A DNA stretch of 47,204 nucleotides from an uncultured bacterium (GTDB taxonomy: Bacteria; Verrucomicrobiota; Kiritimatiellia; RFP12; UBA1067). Both the position numbers and the translations under genes were made by a program. Each line of letters begins with the position of its first letter. The stretch's first letter is position 1. This document shows positions 34,544 through 43,304 of the stretch, piece after piece. The stretch lies in the NCBI GenBank assembly GCA_902772905.1, contig CACYCL010000117.1, positions 1 through 47,204 of the forward strand, read 5' to 3'. The notes beneath the pieces are model-generated. The model searched no databases. It was not told the DNA's origin and worked only from the letters and a program-made list of their open reading frames with translations.

Positions 34544-35764
34544 GTGATGACCGGTTTTGCTCGAAGTTCTGTGTGCGGAATGCTTTGGACTGCGGGTGGG
34601 CGCGTCGCTGTGCGCGGAATGCAGTTTGTCGTGGGCATATTTCTGGCGAGGCTGCTGACGCCTGCCGACTTCGGACTTGTTGGCATGCTTGGGGTGTTCA
34701 TAGGGGTCTCGGAAATGTTTGTTGACTGCGGTTTCCCCCTTGCGTTGGTCCGCAAAGTAGATCGCACCGACGAGGATGCTTCAACAGTTTTTTGGTTCTC
34801 TCTGGGCGTGGCGGCAGTTTGCTATGCCGTGCTGTTCTTCGGGGCTTCGGCCATCGCGGGCTTTTTTGGCGAGCCCCGCCTTGCATTGGTTGCGCGTGTC
34901 GTGACGACGGGCATACTGTTTGGTGCGCTAACGTCTGTTCCGCGGGCCCTTCTCAGGGCTCAACTCAAGTTTCGCGAACTTTCTGCAATATCGATTGCGG
35001 TGATTGCGGTATCTGGTGCACTCGGCATATTCTTTGCGTACAGGGGGTTCGGTGCATGGGCTTTGGTCTTGCAAGGCGTGATTGGCGGAGTCGTTGGCCT
35101 TGTGCTCACGTATGCCGTTGCGCACTGGCTTCCGGGTTTTGCCTTCTCGCGGGCATCGTTCCGAGAGTTCTTCTCGTTTGGCTGGAAGCACCTCGCCTCT
35201 TCCATTGTGAATGCTGTTTATTACCACGCATACTCACTTGTCATAGGCAGGACGTTGGGATCGGCGTCTGTCGGAGTTTACGCGCGTGCACATTCATGGG
35301 CATCGCTTCCTCCGCAGGTTGTGACGGAAGCTATGACAAGCGTAAACTATCCGCTCCTCGCTCGTCTGCAGGGCGACAACAAGGCGCTTCGTAGCTCATA
35401 CGGAAGACTCGCAGCTTTGTCCCTGATCATGCTTGTGCCGGCTCTTGGGCTCATGGCGGCGTTCGCAGAGCAACTTGTTGGATTTGTTCTTGGTACCCAT
35501 TGGCTTTGCTGTGTTCCATACATCAGGATACTTGTGCTTGGGCTTGCTTTCGAGCCTATGATGTGCCTTTACCAGAACATGCTATATCTGAAAGGGCGCA
35601 CAGATGTCGTGCTGAAACTTGAACTTCTTCAAAAGCCGGTATGCTTTGGACTCGTCTTTGCCGGCATTCCTTTCGGATTGAAAGGTCTTTGCGTTGCGAA
35701 GGCGGCGTCCACGATGTTCATGGCGGCGACCAATTTCGCTGTGGCCAGGAGGGTTGCCAGATGA
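34544..35764 (+). CDS. wzx: Wzx-like polysaccharide flippase (MOP superfamily)
   Basis: GTG 34544 or ATG 34547, immediately after the previous TAG. LWTAGGRVAVRGMQFVVGIFLARLLTPADFGLVGM and about 12 TM helices. Confidence 0.8.
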   Translation: MMTGFARSSVCGMLWTAGGRVAVRGMQFVVGIFLARLLTPADFGLVGMLGVFIGVSEMFVDCGFPLALVRKVDRTDEDASTVFWFSLGVAAVCYAVLFFGASAIAGFFGEPRLALVARVVTTGILFGALTSVPRALLRAQLKFRELSAISIAVIAVSGALGIFFAYRGFGAWALVLQGVIGGVVGLVLTYAVAHWLPGFAFSRASFREFFSFGWKHLASSIVNAVYYHAYSLVIGRTLGSASVGVYARAHSWASLPPQVVTEAMTSVNYPLLARLQGDNKALRSSYGRLAALSLIMLVPALGLMAAFAEQLVGFVLGTHWLCCVPYIRILVLGLAFEPMMCLYQNMLYLKGRTDVVLKLELLQKPVCFGLVFAGIPFGLKGLCVAKAASTMFMAATNFAVARRVAR

Positions 35765-37830
35765 GACTCAGCGTCATTGTTCCGGTGTACAACGTGGCGG
35801 AATTTGTCGGCGAATGCGTCCGAAGTGTCATTGACGAGGCGGATTCCGGCGTAGAACTGATATGCGTGGACGATGGATCCACTGATTCTTCAGGTGATGT
35901 TCTGAAAGCCGTTCTGTGCGATATTCGCCCGGATGGATGCGCAATGAAGATTATCCGCCAGAAGAACGCCGGCGCGGGCGCTGCGCGGAATTCTGCGCTT
36001 TCGGTTGCAACGGGCGACTGGGTAATGTTCCTTGACGGCGACGACATTTTGGCCAAGGGGTGGCTTGCTGTCGTGCGCACGATGGCAGAGCGTCATCCGT
36101 CTGCGCAAATGCTAGGTTTCGGCAGGACGGAGTCGTTGCCCGTCCTGCCGGTCGTTCCTCGTGATTCGCGGGAGGTTGATGTTTCGCATGTTGTAGGCTT
36201 TGAGGCGTATGAACGCGCACTTTGGCAGTTCGCGTATCGTCGCGACATGATTTCCGGGCTGGAGTTCGAGCACATCATTCGTGTCGATGACAAGTTGTTT
36301 CAGGGAGCCGCGCTTTTGCGTGCGTCTCGTATTGCATTGATGGACGGCGTGCCGGTGTATGGGTACCGGCAGCGAGAGGGCAGCATAATACATACCAACT
36401 GGAACCATGCGAATTTCAGCGCAGAACTGATATGGCGACTCAGGTTTATTGAATCCATGGAGGCGGTAGGAAAGACAATGGACCGTCGTCTCTGGCGGTT
36501 TATGGGGCTTTGCTTTCTTGAATACATACCGCGCCATCTTCAGGAAGTCTCGGATGTCGCGCTTAGAAATGAACTTAAGGCCAGTTGGTTCGATACTGTG
36601 CTGAAGGCGTCAAGGCACGGCTTTGCCCCATGGCAACGTTTCGCTATGCGTGTTCTAGGTATGACTCGAAGTCGTGTTGCAGTATGGTTCTTCTGTCGCC
36701 TGCCATTTGTGCTCAAGCAGTTGATGGGCCGCCACCACCCGTCTTCTCCGCGCAGGCGCATCCTTTTCTGCGGTGTCGGCTTTGGGCGTGGTGGATTGTC
36801 GCGGTCGTTTCCTGCCGTTGCTGAAATACTAGAACGAAGGGGATATGAGGTCAAAGTGCTTGTCCCTCATGCTGGTGATGCCGGACGGTTGTGTGTGCCT
36901 AGACATTATGAGGTGGGCCCGGCGTTCCGCTGGAAAGTCTCCGGCTTCTGGACGGGGCGTGCATTGCGTCTCTTTCATCTGATGACAGGCGGTTGTTTCC
37001 GGTTCATTCTTGCCAGGAGCGTTCCGCATGACGCATTCATAGTATATGGCGCAAGTTGCTGCATGGAGTGGTGCAGATATTCGAAAAAGCCAACATGGGG
37101 ATTTTTGCATTCTGCTCCCATGACCGGACCTGTTGCATTTTTGCGCTCGCCAATAGTGCGAGACTTGCGTTGCAGCGCCCGGTGCTGTCGAAAGCTTTTC
37201 TCGGTGTCCAGCGCGATGAAGACTGCTTGGAATGCGCTTGAAATTGACAGTGACGTGATGCGATTGCCCAGTGCTGCAAGTCTGTCGCCTGACGAACATG
37301 GAGCGGTGCGCAATGTCAAGACCTGTATTTTTGTCGGGCGTCTCTCATGGGAGAAGGGGCCGGATAGGCTGCTGGAGGCTTTCGAGAAAGTTCAAGATCT
37401 TTCTCTGGTGTTTGTCGGCGATGGCCCAATGCGCAGTGAATTGGAACGGCGAGCAGAGGCTCCACAGTTTTGCGGGCGTGTGACTTTTCTTGGCTGGCAA
37501 GACGATCCGTTGCCGTTTGTGGCGCGTTCTGGACTTCTGGTTAACGCCTCAAGGTCGGAGGGTCTTGGGCTGTCGTCCATAGAGGCATTGGAGATTGGCA
37601 CTCCTGTGTTGGCGACAGATGTCCAGGGGAATCGTGACGCGTTGTCGAATGGCCGATACGGAAGGCTCGTGCCAGATTCGGTGCAAGGATTGACTGAGGG
37701 GCTGCGCGAATATGCGGCGGATGCACATTCGTGCGATCCGGAAATAGGTTTTGCAGCTGTTCAAAACGAACTGCTGGCGATGTCGCGCGAATCGGAAAAG
37801 TCGCTGTCTGAAATAGAATGGATAAAATGA
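35761..37830 (+). CDS. bifunctional glycosyltransferase (N-terminal GT2, C-terminal GT4/GT-B)
   Basis: ATGA overlap with wzx. LSVIVPVYNVAEFVGECV, CVDDGSTDSS, FLDGDD (GT2). VGRLSWEKGPDRLLEAF, SRSEGLGLSSIEALEIGTPVLATD (GT4 E-x7-E). Confidence 0.85.
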   Translation: MRLSVIVPVYNVAEFVGECVRSVIDEADSGVELICVDDGSTDSSGDVLKAVLCDIRPDGCAMKIIRQKNAGAGAARNSALSVATGDWVMFLDGDDILAKGWLAVVRTMAERHPSAQMLGFGRTESLPVLPVVPRDSREVDVSHVVGFEAYERALWQFAYRRDMISGLEFEHIIRVDDKLFQGAALLRASRIALMDGVPVYGYRQREGSIIHTNWNHANFSAELIWRLRFIESMEAVGKTMDRRLWRFMGLCFLEYIPRHLQEVSDVALRNELKASWFDTVLKASRHGFAPWQRFAMRVLGMTRSRVAVWFFCRLPFVLKQLMGRHHPSSPRRRILFCGVGFGRGGLSRSFPAVAEILERRGYEVKVLVPHAGDAGRLCVPRHYEVGPAFRWKVSGFWTGRALRLFHLMTGGCFRFILARSVPHDAFIVYGASCCMEWCRYSKKPTWGFLHSAPMTGPVAFLRSPIVRDLRCSARCCRKLFSVSSAMKTAWNALEIDSDVMRLPSAASLSPDEHGAVRNVKTCIFVGRLSWEKGPDRLLEAFEKVQDLSLVFVGDGPMRSELERRAEAPQFCGRVTFLGWQDDPLPFVARSGLLVNASRSEGLGLSSIEALEIGTPVLATDVQGNRDALSNGRYGRLVPDSVQGLTEGLREYAADAHSCDPEIGFAAVQNELLAMSRESEKSLSEIEWIK

Positions 37831-39659
37831 TGACAAAAACCATTCATTGCTGCTGGCTCAGCAAAGAGCCGAAGACAGAGCTTGCCGAGCGATGCCGTGA
37901 CAGCTGGCGGAGATTTGCGCCCGATTGGAAAATACGTGAGTGGACGATTGATGAAGTGCGCATGGCGGCGGATAAGGGTGAAATTCCCGCGCCTCCTCCT
38001 TTCTTCGAAGAAGCCGTGCAGCGGGGCAAGTGGGCGTTTGCGGCTGATTGGGTCAGATTCGCGGCTCTTGCTTCAGAGGGTGGAATCTACCTTGACTACG
38101 ATGTTGAGCTTTTGACGCCTCTTCCGGAGCTTGGAGAATTTGTCGCGGGTCAGTGGATGCCCGATGGTAGCGTGGGCATGGAGCCTGCCGTGCTGGCCAT
38201 GGACAGGGGAAACTCAGCCGCAAATGCCATGGTGTCTTTCTATGCACGAGCGCCGCTTGACACTAGCCGGACGACGGGCGAGATATTGCGAGAAGTCCTT
38301 CGCAGTGGTGGCATTGGCATCAAGGTCCTTCCACCGGAAGTGTTTTGCCCCATAGGAATCGATGGTGTTGCTCGCACATCAAAACAGACGGTCGGTGTTC
38401 ATCACTACGCGATGAGCTGGGCGCCGGCGTCTCGCAAGCTCGCCCGTTGGCTTAGCTGGCATGGCATGAGGTGGTTGGTTGACGCACTGCTCGACATGAA
38501 ACACGTTTTGTGGGATTGCGGCTGGGTATGGCGTGTTGCGGTTTGTGCTGTGGGCGTGCTCGCTCTTTCAAGCGTTGTTCAGGGATTTCGCAATGCGATG
38601 CAGTGTGTCGATTTCCACTGGGAGTCGGCTGCGCTATTCCTTCGCAGAGAGAATCCGTATAAATGGTTCTTCGATAATAGGTTCTATGACGGGGTTGTTG
38701 TTGATGCAACGCAGGCGCCGAGCACGATAGCGTTCATTCTCCCGTTCGGAATCCTTCCCCACAATGTGGCGAACACGCTGTGGGCGGTTTGCAATCTTGC
38801 GTTTTCCGCGTCATTCTTGTTTTGCGTGGCCAGACTGTTCCTTGGAAATGCGCGTGGTAGATATTTCGCTGATCCGAGGGTCTGGATTTTTGCCGCGCTC
38901 TTTCTCTGTGGCGCTCCGTGGCGTGTCGGACTTGGCTGTGGACAGCACACGATGTTTTCGCTTGCGTTTTTCGCCGCCGCTTTGCTGGCCGTGGAGCAGA
39001 AGCGGCACTGGCTTATTGTGGGAGTGCTCATCTCGGCTGCGCTTTTCAAGTATACGGTGACAGTCCCACTTGCATTCATCTTCGTCATGCGTCGTCAGTG
39101 GAAGGCGCTTGCTGTCGCAGCGGCGATACATGCGGCGCTTACCGTTGCAATGGGACTCTGGACGAATACGAACCCTCTTGAGCTTGTGCGTCAGTCCATG
39201 GAAGTTGGCGTGGCGCTCAATCCTTCTGGAGGCGACGCGGATCTTGCGGGGCTGGCGAAGTGGTTCGGCGTTGATGATGTTTGGCCGTTCGCAATGACTG
39301 GATATGCGGTCTTTGGCCTTGCCATCATTGGCTATTCCACATGGCGGGCCTTTCGCCCGCCGCAAGACGCGCGAGATTCCCTTGTTGACTTGTCGGTGTT
39401 GGCAATACTGGCAGATATGGCTTTCTATCATCGTTGCTACGATCTGATATCTCTCGCATTTCCGCTTTTGCTGTGCCTCACGCGTCCATTTGGAATCAGG
39501 ACGCTCCTGCCGTTGCTGCTTGTAGTCAATGCGTTCTTTCTGCTTCGCGTCGATTTTGCGCTTGACCTTGGTTTTTACAAGCCTATGGGCTTTGTCCTCC
39601 ATGTGCTCACGCTTTTGACGCTAGTCACGACAAAGAGAAGGGCGAACGGAGCTATATGA
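37818..39659 (+). CDS. fusion of GT32-type (DXD sugar-binding) glycosyltransferase with a polytopic GT-C/DUF2029-like membrane domain (possible polymerase)
   Basis: 13-nt overlap with the previous gene. IHCCWLSKEP, WAFAADWVRFAALASEGGIYLDYDVELL. About 10 TM helices from residue 230 onward (e.g. FKYTVTVPLAFIFVMRRQW). Confidence 0.72.
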   Translation: MDKMMTKTIHCCWLSKEPKTELAERCRDSWRRFAPDWKIREWTIDEVRMAADKGEIPAPPPFFEEAVQRGKWAFAADWVRFAALASEGGIYLDYDVELLTPLPELGEFVAGQWMPDGSVGMEPAVLAMDRGNSAANAMVSFYARAPLDTSRTTGEILREVLRSGGIGIKVLPPEVFCPIGIDGVARTSKQTVGVHHYAMSWAPASRKLARWLSWHGMRWLVDALLDMKHVLWDCGWVWRVAVCAVGVLALSSVVQGFRNAMQCVDFHWESAALFLRRENPYKWFFDNRFYDGVVVDATQAPSTIAFILPFGILPHNVANTLWAVCNLAFSASFLFCVARLFLGNARGRYFADPRVWIFAALFLCGAPWRVGLGCGQHTMFSLAFFAAALLAVEQKRHWLIVGVLISAALFKYTVTVPLAFIFVMRRQWKALAVAAAIHAALTVAMGLWTNTNPLELVRQSMEVGVALNPSGGDADLAGLAKWFGVDDVWPFAMTGYAVFGLAIIGYSTWRAFRPPQDARDSLVDLSVLAILADMAFYHRCYDLISLAFPLLLCLTRPFGIRTLLPLLLVVNAFFLLRVDFALDLGFYKPMGFVLHVLTLLTLVTTKRRANGAI

Positions 39660-40669
39660 AGATATTGTTTGTCTGGACTGGTGTCACAAGCTACATGGCC
39701 GACTGTTGGCGCAGACTTGCCGCAGCAGAGGGCGTGGCGCTGAAGGTTGTGGTAGAGAATGTGCACAGCGGTCGCGCTTTCGATGCTGCGCATGTTCTAC
39801 GTGGCATTGACTGTATTCTTGTTGATGGCGGTTCTGAAATGGACAATGCTGCGATGAACGGGCTTGTTCACGGGTGGATACCAGACGTTGTTTTTGCCGT
39901 TGGCTGGCATTCACGCGTGGTCAGGGCGCTTGTGCATAGGTCGGACTGGTCAGAAATCCCGAAGGTTTGCTGTTTTGACATGCCGTGGAGGTGGAGCGTT
40001 AGGTGCATAGCTGCGCGTTGGGTGCTGCATGGATTTATTCGCAAATATGCGGCTGCGTATGTGCCGGGTCGGATTTGCGCCAGATACGCAAGATGGCTAG
40101 GCTTTCCATGGATTGAAACGGGGCTTTTTAGTATCGAAAGCTCAAAGCTTCGCTCGGTGCCTGCTGCAGGCTCGCGCAAAGGCTTTCTCTACGTTGGGCG
40201 CTATTCGAGCGAAAAGCGAATCGACATCATTGAAAAGGCGTATAGCCGCTATCGTGAACTCGGCGGAACATGGTCGCTTGACTGCTATGGACAAGGGGGC
40301 AGGTTTGTGCAGCCAGAGGAGATGCCTGGCATATACGCCTCCCATGCATGTCTTCTGCTGGCTAGCGCATTCGATCCTTGGCCGCTCGTTGCGCTTGAGG
40401 CGCGCACGGCAGGATGCGACGTAATCATGAGCAACCGTTGCGGAAACCGTTTCGAGCTGCCAGGGGTATATGTTGTCAGGTTCGGCAACGTGGAGGCAAT
40501 GGCGCGGGCGATGATCGATGTAGAGGCGAAATACAATAGACACGAGGGAAGAAGCGAGGAACTCCAGAGCGCAGTTGAAGACCTTGACAAGTACGACTGT
40601 GCAACATGGGCCAAGCGGACTCTTCGACTTGCCAACGAATTGACAAATGGAGGCGGTAGGCATGAATAA
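39656..40669 (+). CDS. GT4-family (GT-B) glycosyltransferase
   Basis: ATGA overlap. FLYVGRYSSEKRIDIIEKAY, LLLASAFDPWPLVALEARTAGCDVIMSN. Confidence 0.75.
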   Translation: MKILFVWTGVTSYMADCWRRLAAAEGVALKVVVENVHSGRAFDAAHVLRGIDCILVDGGSEMDNAAMNGLVHGWIPDVVFAVGWHSRVVRALVHRSDWSEIPKVCCFDMPWRWSVRCIAARWVLHGFIRKYAAAYVPGRICARYARWLGFPWIETGLFSIESSKLRSVPAAGSRKGFLYVGRYSSEKRIDIIEKAYSRYRELGGTWSLDCYGQGGRFVQPEEMPGIYASHACLLLASAFDPWPLVALEARTAGCDVIMSNRCGNRFELPGVYVVRFGNVEAMARAMIDVEAKYNRHEGRSEELQSAVEDLDKYDCATWAKRTLRLANELTNGGGRHE

Positions 40670-41261
40670 GATAGCACAATTATGGCGCATCGCGATGCAT
40701 CCGCGAGAACTAAGGCTTGCGCTTTCTGGGCTTGGCACAAGGCTTGGAGGCGATGGTGCGATGGGGGGGCTCACGGACGAAGAGACCGCTGCGCTTGTTC
40801 GGTGGACGACAGACTCCGGCGTGTCGTCGTTTGTTGAAATAGGCACGCTTTTCGGGTTTACCGCACGCGCGGTTGCCAAAGGTGCTTTGGCGCGTGTCGT
40901 TGCAGTGGACAACTTCTGCTGGAATCCATTTGGACTTACAAGTGCGCAGCATGAATCTTTCACTCGCCGTGTTGTTGCGGATGGCGGAGTTGAGCTTGTG
41001 CGTGCGGACGCCGAAGGTTTTCTCGGTTCGCTTTCGCAATGCGTAGATCCGTCGACGTCGCTCGTCTTTCTTGACGGAAGCCACAGATATGAAGACGTAA
41101 AGCGCGAGATTGAGCTGTGCGTTGCGCAGAAGGTACGCATCCTTTCGGGTCATGACTTCGGCAATGGGCGATTCGGTGTTACGCGAGCAGTGCGCGAGGT
41201 GCTTGGCGAGCCCGACGAGGTCTGCGGAATGTGCTGGATGAAGAGGCTTCACAATGGCTGA
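40662..41261 (+). CDS. class I SAM-dependent methyltransferase (Methyltransf_24-like)
   Basis: FVEIGTLFGFTA (motif I-like), VFLDGSHRYEDVKREIE. Alternative ATG at 40647. Contains a G7 tract at 40763-40769. Confidence 0.7.
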   Translation: MNKIAQLWRIAMHPRELRLALSGLGTRLGGDGAMGGLTDEETAALVRWTTDSGVSSFVEIGTLFGFTARAVAKGALARVVAVDNFCWNPFGLTSAQHESFTRRVVADGGVELVRADAEGFLGSLSQCVDPSTSLVFLDGSHRYEDVKREIELCVAQKVRILSGHDFGNGRFGVTRAVREVLGEPDEVCGMCWMKRLHNG

Positions 41262-42144
41262 AGGCCCTCGCATCATTCACGTTGTGCCTGGGCTTGATGA
41301 TGCATCGAGCGGGATTGCATCCGCTGCGCGTCTTATTTCTGCAACTCAGAATGCCCGGCTTGTTGACGCAAGACGCATAGACGCGTCTTCGCTCGACTGG
41401 GCCGAGGAGGTGTGGGTTCACTCAACGTGGACTCCAGCCGTTTGGCACGCAAGCTCTCTCGCAGTCGGTCTTGGCAAACGCCTTGTGCGAATGCCGCACG
41501 GAAACCTAGATCCGTTCCGCAGGCGCCTTGGAGCGTGGAAGAAGACGATTGCCGGACCGTTAGAGCGCCGTTCGCTGCGCAAGGCATCGCGCATAGTCGT
41601 CACATGCGAAGCGGAGGGGTTGTGGGTCAAAGACTATCTTGGCAGTCGCTGTCCGCCGATTGATGTCATGGACATGCGTTCTCTGTTTCCCGCCCTGTCG
41701 AATGTGCGCGTTGCGTACCGTCGTTTCCCTCAAGTGCTGCGAGTCTTGTACATGGGCAGGCGGCATCCTCTTAAGGGAGTTGAATGCCTTGAAACGGCAG
41801 TGCGAGAGTTGAATGAGAAATATGCTGCCGATCATGACTGTGCCGGGCAGTTCGCATTGCGCATTGTATCAGATGCCCACGGAGCCGACAAGGAGGCGGC
41901 GTTCGACTGGTGCGACGTGTTTTGCCTGCCTACTTTGAGCGACAATTTCGGAATAGTCGTGGCAGAGGCGCTTGTGCGCGGCAAGCCGGTAATAACGACG
42001 GATGGCGCACCTGCATGGGCTGATGAGGTTCGATTTGAAGAAAACGGCGATCCGAGGCTTGTCTATCTGGACGGCTATCGTGCGGCATCCCCATCAGTGC
42101 GCGTTGCCATGCTTAGATTCGCGCTTGAGTCATTCGTGAAGTAA
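41254..42144 (+). CDS. GT4-family (GT-B) glycosyltransferase
   Basis: 8-nt overlap with the methyltransferase gene. LYMGRRHPLKGVECLETAV, LPTLSDNFGIVVAEALVRGKPVITTD. Confidence 0.75.
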   Translation: MAEGPRIIHVVPGLDDASSGIASAARLISATQNARLVDARRIDASSLDWAEEVWVHSTWTPAVWHASSLAVGLGKRLVRMPHGNLDPFRRRLGAWKKTIAGPLERRSLRKASRIVVTCEAEGLWVKDYLGSRCPPIDVMDMRSLFPALSNVRVAYRRFPQVLRVLYMGRRHPLKGVECLETAVRELNEKYAADHDCAGQFALRIVSDAHGADKEAAFDWCDVFCLPTLSDNFGIVVAEALVRGKPVITTDGAPAWADEVRFEENGDPRLVYLDGYRAASPSVRVAMLRFALESFVK

Positions 42145-42246
42145 GTGCCGGTTTTTGTTTGGCGCGTTCCAAAATGATGTGCGCAAGGCATGGGGTCGAG
42201 TCCAAAACCAGTGTCGTTTTTTACAGTCGAATGGTAAAAAGTACAG

Positions 42247-42276
42247 TTGATTTGCTGGGCGCTCGTGTTGTATAAT
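42247..42276 (+). promoter_or_regulatory. sigma70-type promoter TTGATT-18 nt-TATAAT in an AT-rich intergenic region
   Basis: TTGATT at 42247-42252 and TATAAT at 42271-42276. GAAGGT RBS and ATG 42356 lie downstream. Confidence 0.55.
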
Positions 42277-42355
42277 AAAAGCAAAGCTCGATCGTGTGCA
42301 TGGCGCATGCGGTTGGATGCTGGAACAATGAGATAAAGAAGCTAGAAGGTAAGAC

Positions 42356-43219
42356 ATGACGCACAAGGAAAGGGCCAAGGAGGTCCGCAAGATTCTGTCG
42401 ATGACACCTGATCAGGTCATAAAGGCCGCGAAAGGTCAGCTCGTGGTATTCGACACGCTGGACGAAGTATACGACTATCTCGCCGAGGAGATGGTGAACG
42501 AATTCGCAAAGGCCGCGAAGGGCAAGAAGATAGTGAGCTTCATTATGCCCGTAGGCCCGACGCAGCCGTACAGGCTCATGGCCGAGAAGATAAACATGCG
42601 GCAGATTTCCCTCAAGAACGTTCGCTTCTTCTTTATGGACGAGTATGTGGACGACGAGAAGGACGAGCTGATTCCGATGACGAACCCGCTCTCGTTCCGC
42701 GGTCAAATAGGCCCGCTCCTCTTCAACCGCATCCGCCCAGATCTTCTGATGCCGAAGAGTCAGATAATCTTTCCGACGCCCGAGAACATCAAAGACCTGC
42801 CGAAGATGATCAAGGACGCTGGCGGCATAGAGGTTTGCTATGGCGGAATCGGAATTCACGGACACGTCGCGTTCAACGAGCCGGGGCCGGGAGTAGCAGA
42901 GTCGAATCCGCGCATCCTCGACATAAATGAGTTCACGCGCACGATCGACGCAACTCGGCACCCTGGTGTAGGGGGGAACCTTGAGAACTTTCCTCGCCGC
43001 GCAATTACGATGGGCATGAAGCAGTGCATCGAGGCGCGCAAGATACTCATCATGACGCGCAACGAGTCGACGGCGTTCAACTGGGCGAATACGATCATCC
43101 GTATAGCCGCGCTCGGCAAGCCTGGCGACGACTACCCCGTGACGCACATGCGCAACCACAAGAGCTTGCGGATAGTCACCGACCGCAACACTCTCAAAAC
43201 CCCGAAATTCAACATATAA
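42356..43219 (+). CDS. nagB: glucosamine-6-phosphate deaminase/isomerase-family protein (NagB-like)
   Basis: FFFMDEYV, CYGGIGIHGHVAFNEPG, ITMGMKQCIEARKILIMTRN. Collinear with E. coli NagB motifs. Confidence 0.82.
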   Translation: MTHKERAKEVRKILSMTPDQVIKAAKGQLVVFDTLDEVYDYLAEEMVNEFAKAAKGKKIVSFIMPVGPTQPYRLMAEKINMRQISLKNVRFFFMDEYVDDEKDELIPMTNPLSFRGQIGPLLFNRIRPDLLMPKSQIIFPTPENIKDLPKMIKDAGGIEVCYGGIGIHGHVAFNEPGPGVAESNPRILDINEFTRTIDATRHPGVGGNLENFPRRAITMGMKQCIEARKILIMTRNESTAFNWANTIIRIAALGKPGDDYPVTHMRNHKSLRIVTDRNTLKTPKFNI

Positions 43220-43231
43220 AACGGGAATGGA

Positions 43232-43270
43232 ACACGGCTGCGGAAATTTCTTGCGCAGCCGTGTCTTTGT
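43232..43270 (+). terminator. stem-loop terminator candidate after the nagB-like gene
   Basis: Perfect 11-bp stem ACACGGCTGCG (43232-43242) / CGCAGCCGTGT (43254-43264), 11-nt loop, followed by CTTTGT (weak U-tract). Confidence 0.55.
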
Positions 43271-43304
43271 AACACGTCGAAAACAGTCAAAACAAGGATA
43301 CGTA

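Noticed and set aside
42192-42203. GGGGTCGAGTCC resembles a tRNA T-arm/T-loop.
   Set aside because: No complementary 3' half of the T-stem follows, and there is no acceptor stem, anticodon arm or CCA context. It is an isolated chance match in an intergenic region.
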